Shown: positions 9,057 through 19,063, counted from the first letter of the stretch. The stretch is 64,000 nucleotides of DNA from an uncultured Armatimonadetes bacterium (GCA_963716175.1 OY970296.1:4000001-4064000); one strand, 5' to 3'. Notes: generated from the sequence alone by a model not told the origin. Translations and numbers: made by a program.

Positions 9057-10335
9057 ACCTCGACCTGTGGTCTCTGGTCCATGATTCCCTGCTTGCCCTG
9101 TGCCTGCTGGGAGTGTGGGCCATCATCGCCCTCTACGCCGTGCTCTCTCTCGCCGGGTTCATCTACTCGCGGGAGGCGGCGCGGGCGCGAAAGGAACCGC
9201 GGGCCCTCGCCGACTGGCCCCCTGTCTCCATCCTGGTGCCTGCCCACAACGAGGAAGTGGTGATGGCCGGCACCATCGAGAGCCTGCTCCATCTGGATTA
9301 CCCGCGCCAGCGTCTGGAGGTGATCGTGATTGACGACTCCTCCACCGACCGCACCCGGCAGGTGGTCGAGCACATGATGAGCGCCGATCGGCGGCTGAAG
9401 CTGGTCGCGATCCCCCCGGGGATGGGGGACGAGGCAAATCCCATGCCCTCAATGTGGGCCTGGCCTATGCCTCGCACGATCTGATCGCGGTGTTCGACGC
9501 CGACAACTCGCCGGAGCCCCAGTCGCTGCAGCACCTGGTGGCGGAGCTGATGGCCGATCGCCGGCTCGCCGCGGCGGCGGGCAAGGTCCGCACCCTCAAC
9601 CAGGCCAGCAACTTCCTCACCCGCTGCATTGCCATCGAGTTCATGAGCTTCCAGTGGATGGTGCAGGCCGGCCGCTGGCGGCTGTTTCGCTTGGCCTCTC
9701 TGCCTGGCACCAACTATGTGATCCGGCGAGAGGCGCTGGAGCGGGTCGGATGCTGGGATCCCACCGCCATCGCCGACGACGCCGAGCTGACCGTGCGGCT
9801 GAGCCAGGAGGGTTACCAGATCAAGTTCGTGCCCTATGCCGTAACCTGGGAGCCCGAACCCCAGGACTGGGGAGTGTGGCTGCGGCAGCGGCTGCGCTGG
9901 GCGCGCGGCGGCACCTATGTGCTGAGGAAGTTCCTGCCCCGGCTGCGTCGGGTGCGGCGCCGGGACCTGGCGCTGGAGGTGCTCCACCTCTTCACCATCT
10001 ACCACCTGTTCTTCGCCGTGATGCTGCTGTCAGATGCGATCCTGATCTCAGGGCTGATCGCGGGATTGGCGGTGGGCGCCAGGGGCAGTCCGCTGATCGC
10101 GCTCTGGGGGTTGGCGATAGGGGTCTTCCTGCTGGAGACGGCGGTGGCCCTGGCGATCGAGGGAGAGAACAGCCCGCTGAATCTGCTGGTGGCCGCAGCC
10201 ATGTACTTCACCTATTGCCAGGCCTGGCTGTACGTGTGTGCGAAGGCCCACTATCTGGATGTGGTAAGACAAGAGCGGCTGCGCTGGGAGAAGACAGTGC
10301 GAGTGCCGCGCCCGGCCCAGGCCGGGGGCCAGTAA
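9053..10335 (+). CDS. Processive GT2 glycosyltransferase (YdaM/PgaC/IcaA-like), split by a frameshift near 9425-9430
   Basis: SILVPAHNEE and IDDSSTD in ORF 9053..9484; FDAD, ADDAEL and QRLRWARG in ORF 9454..10335. Adding one G to GATGGGGGAC restores ...MGGRGKSHALN. Confidence 0.85.
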
Positions 10336-10356
10336 CAACTCATCGCGAGCTGAGGA

Positions 10357-11761
10357 ATGACTGTCGAGATCGGTTTCGTTGGGACTATCGCACTGTTTCT
10401 CGGCGGCCTGGTAGGTTCCGGACTGCTGTTCCACTTCTTCGCTTGGTGGGGCCGGGCGGCCGCGCTGTCGCGCGCCCGACGGATCGCGGCCCGGCTCAGA
10501 GAGCCCGCCCTCACGCTGACCGCGGTGGAAGACCACTCGGCTGCGATAGATGAGCTGGTGCAGTTCGGCGATGGGGAGGCCGCGGTGGCGGCGGCGCGGG
10601 AGCTGCTGGACGGGACTGATGGGGCGCTGCGCTCGGCCGCCATCGAGATCCTGCGTCGCACCCGCGCCCTCGACCGCTGGGCGCGAGACCTGAGAAGGAG
10701 CGGCTACCGCACCAAGCTGCGCGCGATCGAAGCTTTGGGCCAGGTGGGTGACGAGAGGGCGGTGGCAGAGCTGATCGAGGCCCTGGGCGACGACGATTCC
10801 GGGGTGGCTCAGGCCGCCTCCCAGGCGGTGACGGCGCGGGATCCGGACTATGCCGCGGACCGGCTGGCCGATGCCCTGTCGTCTCCCAGCCGGCGGGTCG
10901 CGGAGACCGCGGCCGCCACCCTGGTGCGCATGGGCGCGGACGCAACAGAGGCGCTTGTGGGGCAGCTCGCCAGCCTCCAGCCTCAGGCCCGGCGCCTGGC
11001 CATCGAATCCCTGGGCGCGGTGGGGGGAGCCGAGCTGGCGGACCTGCTGCTGCCCCTGGTGGAGATTGACCCTGATGCGGAGGTCCGGGCGGCCGCGGCG
11101 GAGGCGCTCGCGCGCGGGGGGAGAGCGGGCGATCGCTCAGCTCCGGCGGCTGGCCCAGTCCGACCCGGATTGGTTCGTGCGGGGCCGGGCCTATTGCCTG
11201 CTGGCGGAGATGAACGCGCCAGGCGCCGCCCGCTTCCTGCTGGACGCGTTGGCCGCCCTGCAAGTGGAGAGTCCACGGGTGAGTGACTTGGGTGATGCTG
11301 TGGACGCGATCGGTGACGGCACGCGCAGGGTGCAGACCTCCATCATCGTGGGTCTGCGAGCGCTGGGGCTGAGTGAGGAGGAGGTGGCGCGGGCGCAGCG
11401 GTTGCCAGAGGCCCCCGATCCGGAGATGGCGGCAGTCACGGACGAGGGGGCGACGGCCGACCTTTGGTCGGAGACGATTGCTGCCCTGACTGGACAAGAC
11501 CCAGCCCGGCGGGCCGAGGCCGCGCGCCAACTGGCGGAGGCAGGCCCGCTTGCGATCTCGCCGCTCCGGCGGGCCTTGCGCGACCCGGAGCCTGTGGTGA
11601 GGGCCGAGGCCGCTCGCTCCTTGGGCCGCATTGGCTCACCCGATTGCCTGGAGGGCCTGGCGGCCTGCGTGCGCGATCCGGACTCCGGAGTTCGGCTCGC
11701 CAGCTCCATCGCCATGCGCGCCATCATCACCCGCGACGCGGCACGGGAGCTGCGGGAGTAG
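10357..11761 (+). CDS. Membrane-anchored HEAT-repeat protein, frameshift near 11110-11122
   Basis: N-terminal TM, then HEAT repeats (AIEALGQVGDERAV; DPDAEVRAAAAEAL). Continues in ORF 10850..11761 (DPDWFVRGRA; DPEPVVRAEAARSLG). Confidence 0.8.
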
Positions 11762-11766
11762 CAGGC

Positions 11767-11896
11767 TAGAGCGCATTTCATAACCTACCTGCTGGCTGGC
11801 CGCACCACGCCCTCGCATGGAATGCCCCTGCCACGGCCTGACGTTGTGCAGTGCTGTTTCATAACCTCCCCTGGGAAGGTTATGAAACAGCTTCTA
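11767..11896. mobile_element. 130-bp MITE, family A (copy 1)
   Basis: TIRs TAGAGCGCATTTCATAACCT / AGGTTATGAAACAGCTTCTA. Near-identical copy at 34709..34838 (6 differences by manual comparison). Confidence 0.8.
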
Positions 11897-11997
11897 CTGA
11901 GCTTCGCCCAGAGAAGTAACGGGGCGAAGCTCAAGAGGAGGCCCAGACAGGCACAGGGTGATGTTCGCACATTACTTCGTTGTGCGAACATCATTAG
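11894..11997. mobile_element. MITE-like element, family B (copy 2)
   Basis: CTACTGAGCTTCGCCC...GAAGTAA hairpin and TGATGTTCGCACA-TTACTTCGT-TGTGCGAACATCA hairpin; ends CATTAG. Same layout as 4088..4196. Confidence 0.6.
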
Positions 11998-12998
11998 CTG
12001 CCGGCGCCAGCCGCGGCAGACCGCATGAACTGCTGCAGTTCGTCGGCCGTGGGCAGCGCGGGTATCACCCCGTGTCTGGTGCAGGTGAGGGCCCCGGCGG
12101 CATTGGCATAGCTCATCACCTCGCGCAGCTCCTGGTCCGAAAGCTGGTGTCCGCGAGGAAACTGCATCAGGCGGGATAGCATGGCCGCGACGAAAGCATC
12201 CCCCGCTCCCAGGGGGTCCACCACCTCAACCTGGAACGCGGGCGCCTGGCCCCGGTGCTCCCCGCTGTCGTAATAGCACCCCCGCTCGCCCTGTGTCACC
12301 ACCACCAGCCCGGGCCCCGCCTCCCGCACCTTGCGCGCTCCCGCTTCCAGGTCGGGCGTGCCGGTGATGAATTCCCATTCCTCCTGGGCGCAGTGCACGA
12401 CCTGCGCTACCGGCATCACCTCCCAGATGCGTCCTCTCGCCTCCATCGGGTCCCGCCAGAGGGTGGGCCGCCAGTTGGGGTCATAGGAGATCAGGAGCGC
12501 CGCCTCCTTGGCCAGGTAAGCGGCGTGGATGGTGGCCTCGCGGGCCGGGGAGCGGCTGAGGCTGACGGAGCCGAAGTGGAAGAGCTTGGCAGACTGGAGA
12601 TAGTGGGCGTTCACCTCCTCCGCCGTGAGCAGCATGTCGGCCCCGGGGTTGCGGTAGAAGACGATGTCCTTCTGCCCGTCACTGCGGGTAGCGACGAAGG
12701 CCAGGGTGGTGCGAGCCCCGTCCGCGGTGCGAGCCCCGCGCCTGACGCTGGACACGCGCAAGCCCCGGGTCTCCACACCCGCGGCCCTCAGAGTATGCCG
12801 CAGGAACTGGCCAAAGGCATCATCGCCCACCTTGCCGATGAAGCCCGCACTCACCCCGAGCCGCGATAGGCCCACGGCCACATTGGCTGGCGCGCCTCCG
12901 GCCGCGCCGGCGAAGGTTGGGAGCTGATCCAGTGACACGTCCTTCTCGGTAGATACGAAGTCTATCAGCAGCTCGCCGAGTGTGATCGCTTCCGGCAT
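11994..12998 (-). CDS. PfkB family carbohydrate kinase (fructokinase-like)
   Basis: GELLIDF, GGAPANVAVGLSRLG, YDPNWR, VDPLGAGDAF. Confidence 0.9.
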   Translation of the reverse strand: MPEAITLGELLIDFVSTEKDVSLDQLPTFAGAAGGAPANVAVGLSRLGVSAGFIGKVGDDAFGQFLRHTLRAAGVETRGLRVSSVRRGARTADGARTTLAFVATRSDGQKDIVFYRNPGADMLLTAEEVNAHYLQSAKLFHFGSVSLSRSPAREATIHAAYLAKEAALLISYDPNWRPTLWRDPMEARGRIWEVMPVAQVVHCAQEEWEFITGTPDLEAGARKVREAGPGLVVVTQGERGCYYDSGEHRGQAPAFQVEVVDPLGAGDAFVAAMLSRLMQFPRGHQLSDQELREVMSYANAAGALTCTRHGVIPALPTADELQQFMRSAAAGAGS

Positions 12999-13267
12999 GG
13001 TATCCTCGAGAGAACCAGAATGACGGTCGGCGCCGCGACGGCCCCTGTTTGACGCGGCGCCGGCCTGCTCCTGCCGCGGAGTCGGGGCCCGGCGCCCAAG
13101 CGCGGGCCGACAGGTGGCGCGAACGCTCGGCCCTTCGAGGTTCGAGGGTTGCCATAACCCGCCGCCCCGGCTAAGATTGGTGCAACTGCAGGGCATGTCG
13201 GAGTTCACCCTGAGCGAAGCCGAAGGGCATGCCCGCCGGCCGTTATTCTGTAGGGGGAAAATACTTG

Positions 13268-14515
13268 ATGCAGTTCCCTCGCATGACCGAGATCGAGCAG
13301 CGTCTCTACGCGCGCCGCATTGCCGATATTCCGGCGGCAGTTGGCCGCGCCTGCGCGGAGGCCGGGCTGAGAACGCGGATTCGGCCCGGCCAGCAGATTG
13401 GGATCACCGTGGGCAGCCGCGGCATCGCCAACATCGCCGAGATCACCCGGGCCGTGGCGACTGCGGTGAAGCAGATGGGCGGACGGCCTTTCATCCTGCC
13501 GGCCATGGGCAGCCACGGAGGCGCCACGGCCGCCGGCCAGACCGCGGTGCTGGCCTCCCTGGGCGTCACCCCTCGCTTTGTCGGGGCTCCCATCCGGGCT
13601 TCTATGGCCGTGACCAGGCTGGGCAAGACCAGCGGCGGTGTGGAGGTCTTCGTCAGCGCGGAGGCGCTGCGGGCCGATGGCGTGATCGTGATGAACCGGA
13701 TCAAACAGCACACCGATTTCGCCGGCGAGTACGAGAGCGGGCTGGTGAAGATGCTGGCCATCGGTCTGGGAAAGCGCGCCGGCGCCGCTGCCATGCACGG
13801 TCGGCGCTGCGCCAGCCTGCGGCAGGATCTCCCGGAGGCGGCGCGCATGATCCTGCGCCGCGCCCCCATCATCGCCGGCCTGGCGCTGCTGGAGAACGGC
13901 TACAACCAGCCGGCTCAGATCGTGGGCCTCGCCCCGGAAGACATCCCCGCCCGCGAGCCGGCCCTGCTGCGCCGGGTGCGGCGCAACGCGGCCCGCCTGC
14001 CCTTCCCCGGGCTGGATCTGCTGGTCGTGGACTGGATCGGCAAGGATGTCAGCGGCATCGGCCTGGACAGCCACGTGATCTGCCGCCGCATGATCTGGGA
14101 GGAACCAGAGGAGTTCCGCGGGACCAGGATCCAGCTCATCGCCGCGCTGGACCTGACGGAGGGGTCCCACGGCAACGCTCTCGGTGTGGGCCTAGCCGAC
14201 CTCATCACCGAGCGGCTGCTGCGCAAGATAGACATGGAGGACTTGAAGACCAACGTCCTCCACACCGGCTGGCTGAACCGGGCCAAGATTCCGCTGTCGT
14301 TTCGCAATGATCGAGAGGTGATGGGCGCGGCTCTGGTCGCGCTGGGGCGTCCCGGTTCGCGGCAGGTCCGCATCGCGCGCATTCAGGACACCCTGCACCT
14401 GGGGCGGCTGTGGATTTCGGAGGGCCTGCTGCCAGAGGCGCGAAGGCACCCGAAGATCACCGTGCTCGGCAAGCCGGCGGCGATGCAGTTCGACCGGCAC
14501 GGGAACTTCAAGTGA
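13268..14515 (+). CDS. LarA/DUF362-like (lactate racemase N-terminal domain) protein
   Basis: ITVGSRGIANI, PAMGSHGGATA, NRIKQHTDF, ESGLVKMLAIGLGK, GKDVSGIGLD. Confidence 0.75.
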   Translation: MQFPRMTEIEQRLYARRIADIPAAVGRACAEAGLRTRIRPGQQIGITVGSRGIANIAEITRAVATAVKQMGGRPFILPAMGSHGGATAAGQTAVLASLGVTPRFVGAPIRASMAVTRLGKTSGGVEVFVSAEALRADGVIVMNRIKQHTDFAGEYESGLVKMLAIGLGKRAGAAAMHGRRCASLRQDLPEAARMILRRAPIIAGLALLENGYNQPAQIVGLAPEDIPAREPALLRRVRRNAARLPFPGLDLLVVDWIGKDVSGIGLDSHVICRRMIWEEPEEFRGTRIQLIAALDLTEGSHGNALGVGLADLITERLLRKIDMEDLKTNVLHTGWLNRAKIPLSFRNDREVMGAALVALGRPGSRQVRIARIQDTLHLGRLWISEGLLPEARRHPKITVLGKPAAMQFDRHGNFK

Positions 14516-14523
14516 CGGAGTTC

Positions 14524-14579
14524 TGTAGGGCGGGGTCTCTCGACCCCGCCAGGCTGGCATGGGCATGCCAGCCCTCCAA
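14524..14579. repeat. Inverted REP pair between convergent genes
   Basis: TGTAGGGCGGGGTC-TCTC-GACCCCGCC, and on the minus strand TGGAGGGCTGGCATG-CC-CATGCCAGCC. Confidence 0.65.
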
Positions 14580-15446
14580 CTACCAAGGGATAACCAATCG
14601 CTGAATTGCGTTTGAGACTGCGCTCTCGTTGTTGGTGAGAGGTGAGACCCAGTCGGCCACCGCTTTCACCTCCGCCTGAGCGTTGGCAACAGCCACCCCG
14701 CAGCCGGCCCACTCCAGCATGGAGGCGTCGTTGTAGTTGTCGCCGAAGGCCAGGGTCAGCGACTGCTCCACCCCGTAATGGGCGGCGACGGCGGCGAGAG
14801 CGATGCCCTTGTTGGCATGTCGGTGGTAGAACTCCAGGTACTCGGGGTTGGTGCGCATCACTGTCACCTCTGATCCCCAACGCGCCTGCCACACTTCATA
14901 CAGCTCGTCGCGATGGCGGGGGTCGGGCCGGTCTGGCACCGCGGGGTCGGTGACGATGATGAGCTTGGTGGGCTCCCGGCCGCGGAAGCGTTCCAGGTCG
15001 GGGAGGAAGTGGAAGACCGCGCCGGTCTGCCGGGAGTACAGGTCGGCGAAGCGCCGCAGCTCGGGATCATCCCTGGCGTAGAGTGTTTCATCCAGGTAGT
15101 AGTTGAGGTGGAACCGCTCTCGCCGGGTGTAGTCAACCAGCTCGTCGGCATAGCGCGCCGGCAGGCCTCTCTCCAGGATCACCTTGCCACTGGTGGCGAC
15201 CGCCTCCCGCGCCAGGGCGCCGTTGTAGCCGATGGTTGGGCCGTCCAGGCCAAGGCGATCGAAAAAGGGGCGGATGTTGGCGGTCATGCGGCCGGAGGCG
15301 AGCACCACCAGGCCGCCGGCCCGGGCGAAGCCTCGCAGCGCCTCTGCGTCCGGGGAGGAGATCTCACCCTCGTCGTTCAACAGAGTGCGGTCGAGGTCGA
15401 GCGCGATCAGGCGAAACGGTCTCGCCGCGGGCAATGAGGCGCTCAT
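14580..15446 (-). CDS. Cof-type HAD-IIB hydrolase
   Basis: LIALDLDRTLL, LASGR, NKG, FGDNYNDASML. Confidence 0.9.
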   Translation of the reverse strand: MSASLPAARPFRLIALDLDRTLLNDEGEISSPDAEALRGFARAGGLVVLASGRMTANIRPFFDRLGLDGPTIGYNGALAREAVATSGKVILERGLPARYADELVDYTRRERFHLNYYLDETLYARDDPELRRFADLYSRQTGAVFHFLPDLERFRGREPTKLIIVTDPAVPDRPDPRHRDELYEVWQARWGSEVTVMRTNPEYLEFYHRHANKGIALAAVAAHYGVEQSLTLAFGDNYNDASMLEWAGCGVAVANAQAEVKAVADWVSPLTNNESAVSNAIQRLVIPW

Positions 15447-15605
15447 GCCGGGCTTGTTCGTGAGACTGGCCTGCTGTCCCTGCCTTTGCCTAGGCGGGGG
15501 CCGACATGTGGTATATCTCCCCTGGAGCGTCTAGTGGAACCCGGTGGTGGCCGGCCAGGCGCGGTGGGACCCGTCCTGAGCGAAGCCGAAGGAAAGGAGA
15601 CGGTG

Positions 15606-16037
15606 ATGGGAGATAAGAAGGCGATTGGGTTGGCGCTGGCGGTTCTGCTGATGGGCGCGGTAGCGATCTCCGTGGGCTTGACGATGGCCCGGGGCGCGGC
15701 CGGCGAGGAGCAGCCGGTAGGACGTTTTCAGATGGCGGTGCCGGACCTGATTCTGGACACGGCCACCGGCAAGCTCGTGACTGCAGGAGGGCAGACGCTG
15801 CAGCCGCCGGTGGACCCAAGTGGCAAAGACGTCGGCCGGTACAGCGTGGACGGCTATGTCACCGCGGTGACGAGATATGTGGGCCTTGACGTGCTCAACC
15901 AGCCCACCATGGGCGTGGACGTGGTGAAGGGCTACGTGCTGGGCGACACCAAGACCGGGCGCATCCTGAAGCAGGCCATATACTATTCTCAGCCCATTCA
16001 GCCCGGCGAGTTGTCCATGCAAGCAGGCGGCATGTAG
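15606..16037 (+). CDS. Exported hypothetical protein
   Basis: AAGGAG RBS; signal peptide; internal repeat VGRF...LDTATGK / VGRY...GDTKTGR. Confidence 0.65.
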   Translation: MGDKKAIGLALAVLLMGAVAISVGLTMARGAAGEEQPVGRFQMAVPDLILDTATGKLVTAGGQTLQPPVDPSGKDVGRYSVDGYVTAVTRYVGLDVLNQPTMGVDVVKGYVLGDTKTGRILKQAIYYSQPIQPGELSMQAGGM

Positions 16038-16302
16038 CCTGTTCAGTACTCAGGAACGCGAGCTTGGGCGGCCGGCGCGCGCCGGCCGTGCTGGTTTGGC
16101 TCTATTTCATCAGCAGTGGTGGGGATGATGTTTTAGCTTGTGAACAAAGTCAGGTCATTCCTCTGCTCCCCTGCATTGACTGCCTCCCTTTGGCCGAAGT
16201 ATCCTGTTCGGTGTTCTGGAGACAGACGGGTGGAGTGCCCACTAAGGGGGTTGTACCCGACGGACCAGGGGTAGCTAACTGCCACCAGCCAGGAATGGGG
16301 GA

Positions 16303-16500
16303 ATGACAGTGATGGAAAGGCAGACGGCGATCGAGGCAGGCTGGTTCCCACTCCAAGGTTCGTATGAGGAGGCGGTGCTGAGCTGGCATGAGCAGGTCGA
16401 GATGTCGTTTCGGAGGCGTGCTCTCGAGGCTCAGCGGACAGGCCAGGCGACGCGGGTTCGGCCCATCGAACGCAAATCGGTGTCGGCAGTATCTGACTAG
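16303..16500 (+). CDS. Small hypothetical protein
   Basis: 65-aa ORF with a GGGGGA RBS-like sequence, downstream of a TTGACT-N18-TATCCT promoter-like sequence. No family recognised. Confidence 0.35.
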   Translation: MTVMERQTAIEAGWFPLQGSYEEAVLSWHEQVEMSFRRRALEAQRTGQATRVRPIERKSVSAVSD

Positions 16501-16777
16501 CAGCAACCCGCAGGTGCGACGGATCGCCAGCGGGGAGAAGACAGCAGGATAGCTGAAGATGGCGGAGCGGCCATCTTCCAAGGGCGAAGGGCGGAGTTGA
16601 TCCGCCCTTCTCGTTTGGCCCTGGAGCAGCGGACAACGCGGCCGCGGAGCCAAGAGGGTGGAGTCGGCCCGCCCTCTTCGTTTGCCCCAGGGAGGGCAGC
16701 GAGGCCGGCCGTGGAAGATGGCAGACAGCTTCGACGGAGCGCGGGTAGCGATGGGACCTTCGCTCGCAGGCACCTCC

Positions 16778-17272
16778 ATGGCACGGCGCGTCATCACCGC
16801 GATCATCATCACCTACCTGCTAGCCGTGCTGCAGACCACCTTGGGCCATCAGATCGCAATCCTCGGCGTGGCTCCGGACCTGCTCTTCCTGTGGACCGTG
16901 GCGGTGGGCCTGCTCAGCGGCAGCACCGCCGGAGCCCTGGTCGGCTTCGGCTCCGGGCTGCTGCAGGGCGGGCTCACGCAGGCCTGGGTCGGGGCGTTCG
17001 CGATGAGCAAGACCATCAGCGGTTTCTCCGCTGGCTGGCTCGCCACCAAGCTGTCGCGCGAGAACTGGGCGGTGCCCTCCCTGTGCGCGGCTCTCCTCAC
17101 CCTGGTCAATGACGGTATCTTCCTGCTGATCTCGGGCGCCGGTGGCGGCGGCCAGCCTGGCCGCACCCTCGCGCTGCGAGTTCTCTATCACGGCGCGTTG
17201 GCTCCAATCGCCTTCGCCCTCACGGCCCAGGGGCGCCGAGTCCTGCTGGGCCGCCGGGAGGAGTTGGCCTAG
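16778..17272 (+). CDS. mreD: Rod shape-determining protein MreD
   Basis: Hydrophobic, with ILGVAPDLL..G..GALVGF..GLLQ pattern; immediately upstream of PBP2. Confidence 0.8.
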   Translation: MARRVITAIIITYLLAVLQTTLGHQIAILGVAPDLLFLWTVAVGLLSGSTAGALVGFGSGLLQGGLTQAWVGAFAMSKTISGFSAGWLATKLSRENWAVPSLCAALLTLVNDGIFLLISGAGGGGQPGRTLALRVLYHGALAPIAFALTAQGRRVLLGRREELA

Positions 17273-17275
17273 GCC

Positions 17276-19063
17276 ATGACCGTTCGGCTCATTGTGATGC
17301 GGGCGATAGTGGTGGCTGCATTCGCACTCATCTTCGGCCGGTTGGTGCAGCTTCAGCTCCTGGAGGGAGAGCGGAACCGGAAGCTGGCCGACGAGAACCG
17401 GATTCGCGTGATGCGGCGCCTCGCGCCGCGAGGAACCATCTATGACCGCCGCGGCCGTTTGCTCGCGAGCAGTCGGCTGGCGTTCTCCATCTCTGCCATC
17501 CCCCAGGAGGTGGAGGTCAGCGGGCAGACTGACAGGGCCGCGGGGATCGCCCAGGTGCTGGGCCTACCGGTCGGCGAGGTGCGGCGCGCCTTCACTCAAT
17601 CCGGCCCGGCGCAGCATGAGTCCGTCCTCCTGTGGCGGAACGCGAGCCCCGACGTGGTGGCGCGACTGGAGGAGCACGGCGTGTACCTGGCCGGCCTGAA
17701 TCTGGTGGCCGACGCGGTGCGCTACTACCCCCACGGCGCGCTGGCGGCCCATACCCTTGGCTATGTGCGCGAGATCAGTCCTGAGGACCTGGCCCGGACG
17801 GGAGATGACGGCTACCGGCCGGGCGACTTGATCGGGAAAGCAGGCGTCGAGAAAGTGGCCGAGCCAGCCCTGCGGGGCACGGACGGGGGAGACCAGATTG
17901 AGGTAGACGCGCGGGGCCGCCGGGTGCGCACCCTCGGCACAGTGCCCCCTCAGCCTGGCCGCAGCGTCTGGCTGACCCTCGACCTGGACCTGCAGCGAGC
18001 GGCGGAAGAGGCCCTGGGCGACCGGGCGGGCGCGGTGGTGGCCCTGGACCCGGCCACCGGAGAGGTGCTCGCCCTGGTCAGCCATCCCGCCTATGACCTG
18101 AACCTCTTCTCCACCACCCTGAGTCCGGGGCAGTGGCGCCAGCTACGGGAGCCTGACCATCCCCTGCAGAATCGAGCAATCGGCTCCCGCTACGAGCCCG
18201 GCTCCGTATTCAAGATCATCACCGCCGCGGCCGCGCTGGAGGCCGGGGTCACCGATGTCAACGATCGCTTCTACTGCGACGGAACCTATTCACTGGGCAG
18301 CTGGCGCCTCCGCTGCTGGCGGCGTGAGGGACATGGGGCGGAGGATTTCATGCATGGATTCGCCCAGTCCTGTAACGTGATGTTCGCCATCCTGGGCCGC
18401 CGGGTGGGCCCTGAGAAGCTGGCCGAGATGGCACGCCGGTTTGGCCTGGGCGAGCACGTCGGCCTCGACCTCCCGGACGAAGCCGCCGGCCTGATCCCAA
18501 GCCCGGCCTGGAAAGAGCGAGTGCGGAAGCAGCCGTGGTATCCGGGCGATACCGCGCAGATGGCCATCGGTCAGAGCGAGTGCCTGGTGACCCCGCTGCA
18601 GGTGGCGCGGGAGGTGGCAGCGGTGGCCAATGGTGGCTACCTGGTCACTCCCCACTTGCTAGCTCGCGTCGCAGGAGACGAGCACTACCAGCCCTCTGCC
18701 AGCAAGCGCTCTCTGGGCCTGCGGCCCGCGACCATTGCCGCCCTCCGCGCCGGCATGGAGGCGGTGGTGGCAGAGGGCGGATCCGCCCACGGAATGGCCA
18801 CCGATAGCTACGGCATCGCCGGCAAGACCGGCACCGCGCAGAACCCGAACGGCCTTCCGCATGCCTGGTTCGCCGGCTATGCCCCCAGCGACCGGCCGAG
18901 GATTGCCATCGCGGTGCTGGTCGAGCACGGCGGCGGCGGCAGTGCGACCGCAGCCCCCATTGCCCGCCACGTGTTCGACGCCATGCTCCTTCCGCCGGAT
19001 CGGCGGTCGCCCCGGCCTCGGAGGCTGACCACTATAGCCGCGGCCCCTGGCCAGGAGCGCTAA
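17276..19063 (+). CDS. mrdA: Penicillin-binding protein 2
   Basis: APRGTIYDR, YEPGSVFK (SxxK), QSCNV (SxN), AGKTGTAQ (KTG). Confidence 0.92.
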   Translation: MTVRLIVMRAIVVAAFALIFGRLVQLQLLEGERNRKLADENRIRVMRRLAPRGTIYDRRGRLLASSRLAFSISAIPQEVEVSGQTDRAAGIAQVLGLPVGEVRRAFTQSGPAQHESVLLWRNASPDVVARLEEHGVYLAGLNLVADAVRYYPHGALAAHTLGYVREISPEDLARTGDDGYRPGDLIGKAGVEKVAEPALRGTDGGDQIEVDARGRRVRTLGTVPPQPGRSVWLTLDLDLQRAAEEALGDRAGAVVALDPATGEVLALVSHPAYDLNLFSTTLSPGQWRQLREPDHPLQNRAIGSRYEPGSVFKIITAAAALEAGVTDVNDRFYCDGTYSLGSWRLRCWRREGHGAEDFMHGFAQSCNVMFAILGRRVGPEKLAEMARRFGLGEHVGLDLPDEAAGLIPSPAWKERVRKQPWYPGDTAQMAIGQSECLVTPLQVAREVAAVANGGYLVTPHLLARVAGDEHYQPSASKRSLGLRPATIAALRAGMEAVVAEGGSAHGMATDSYGIAGKTGTAQNPNGLPHAWFAGYAPSDRPRIAIAVLVEHGGGGSATAAPIARHVFDAMLLPPDRRSPRPRRLTTIAAAPGQER

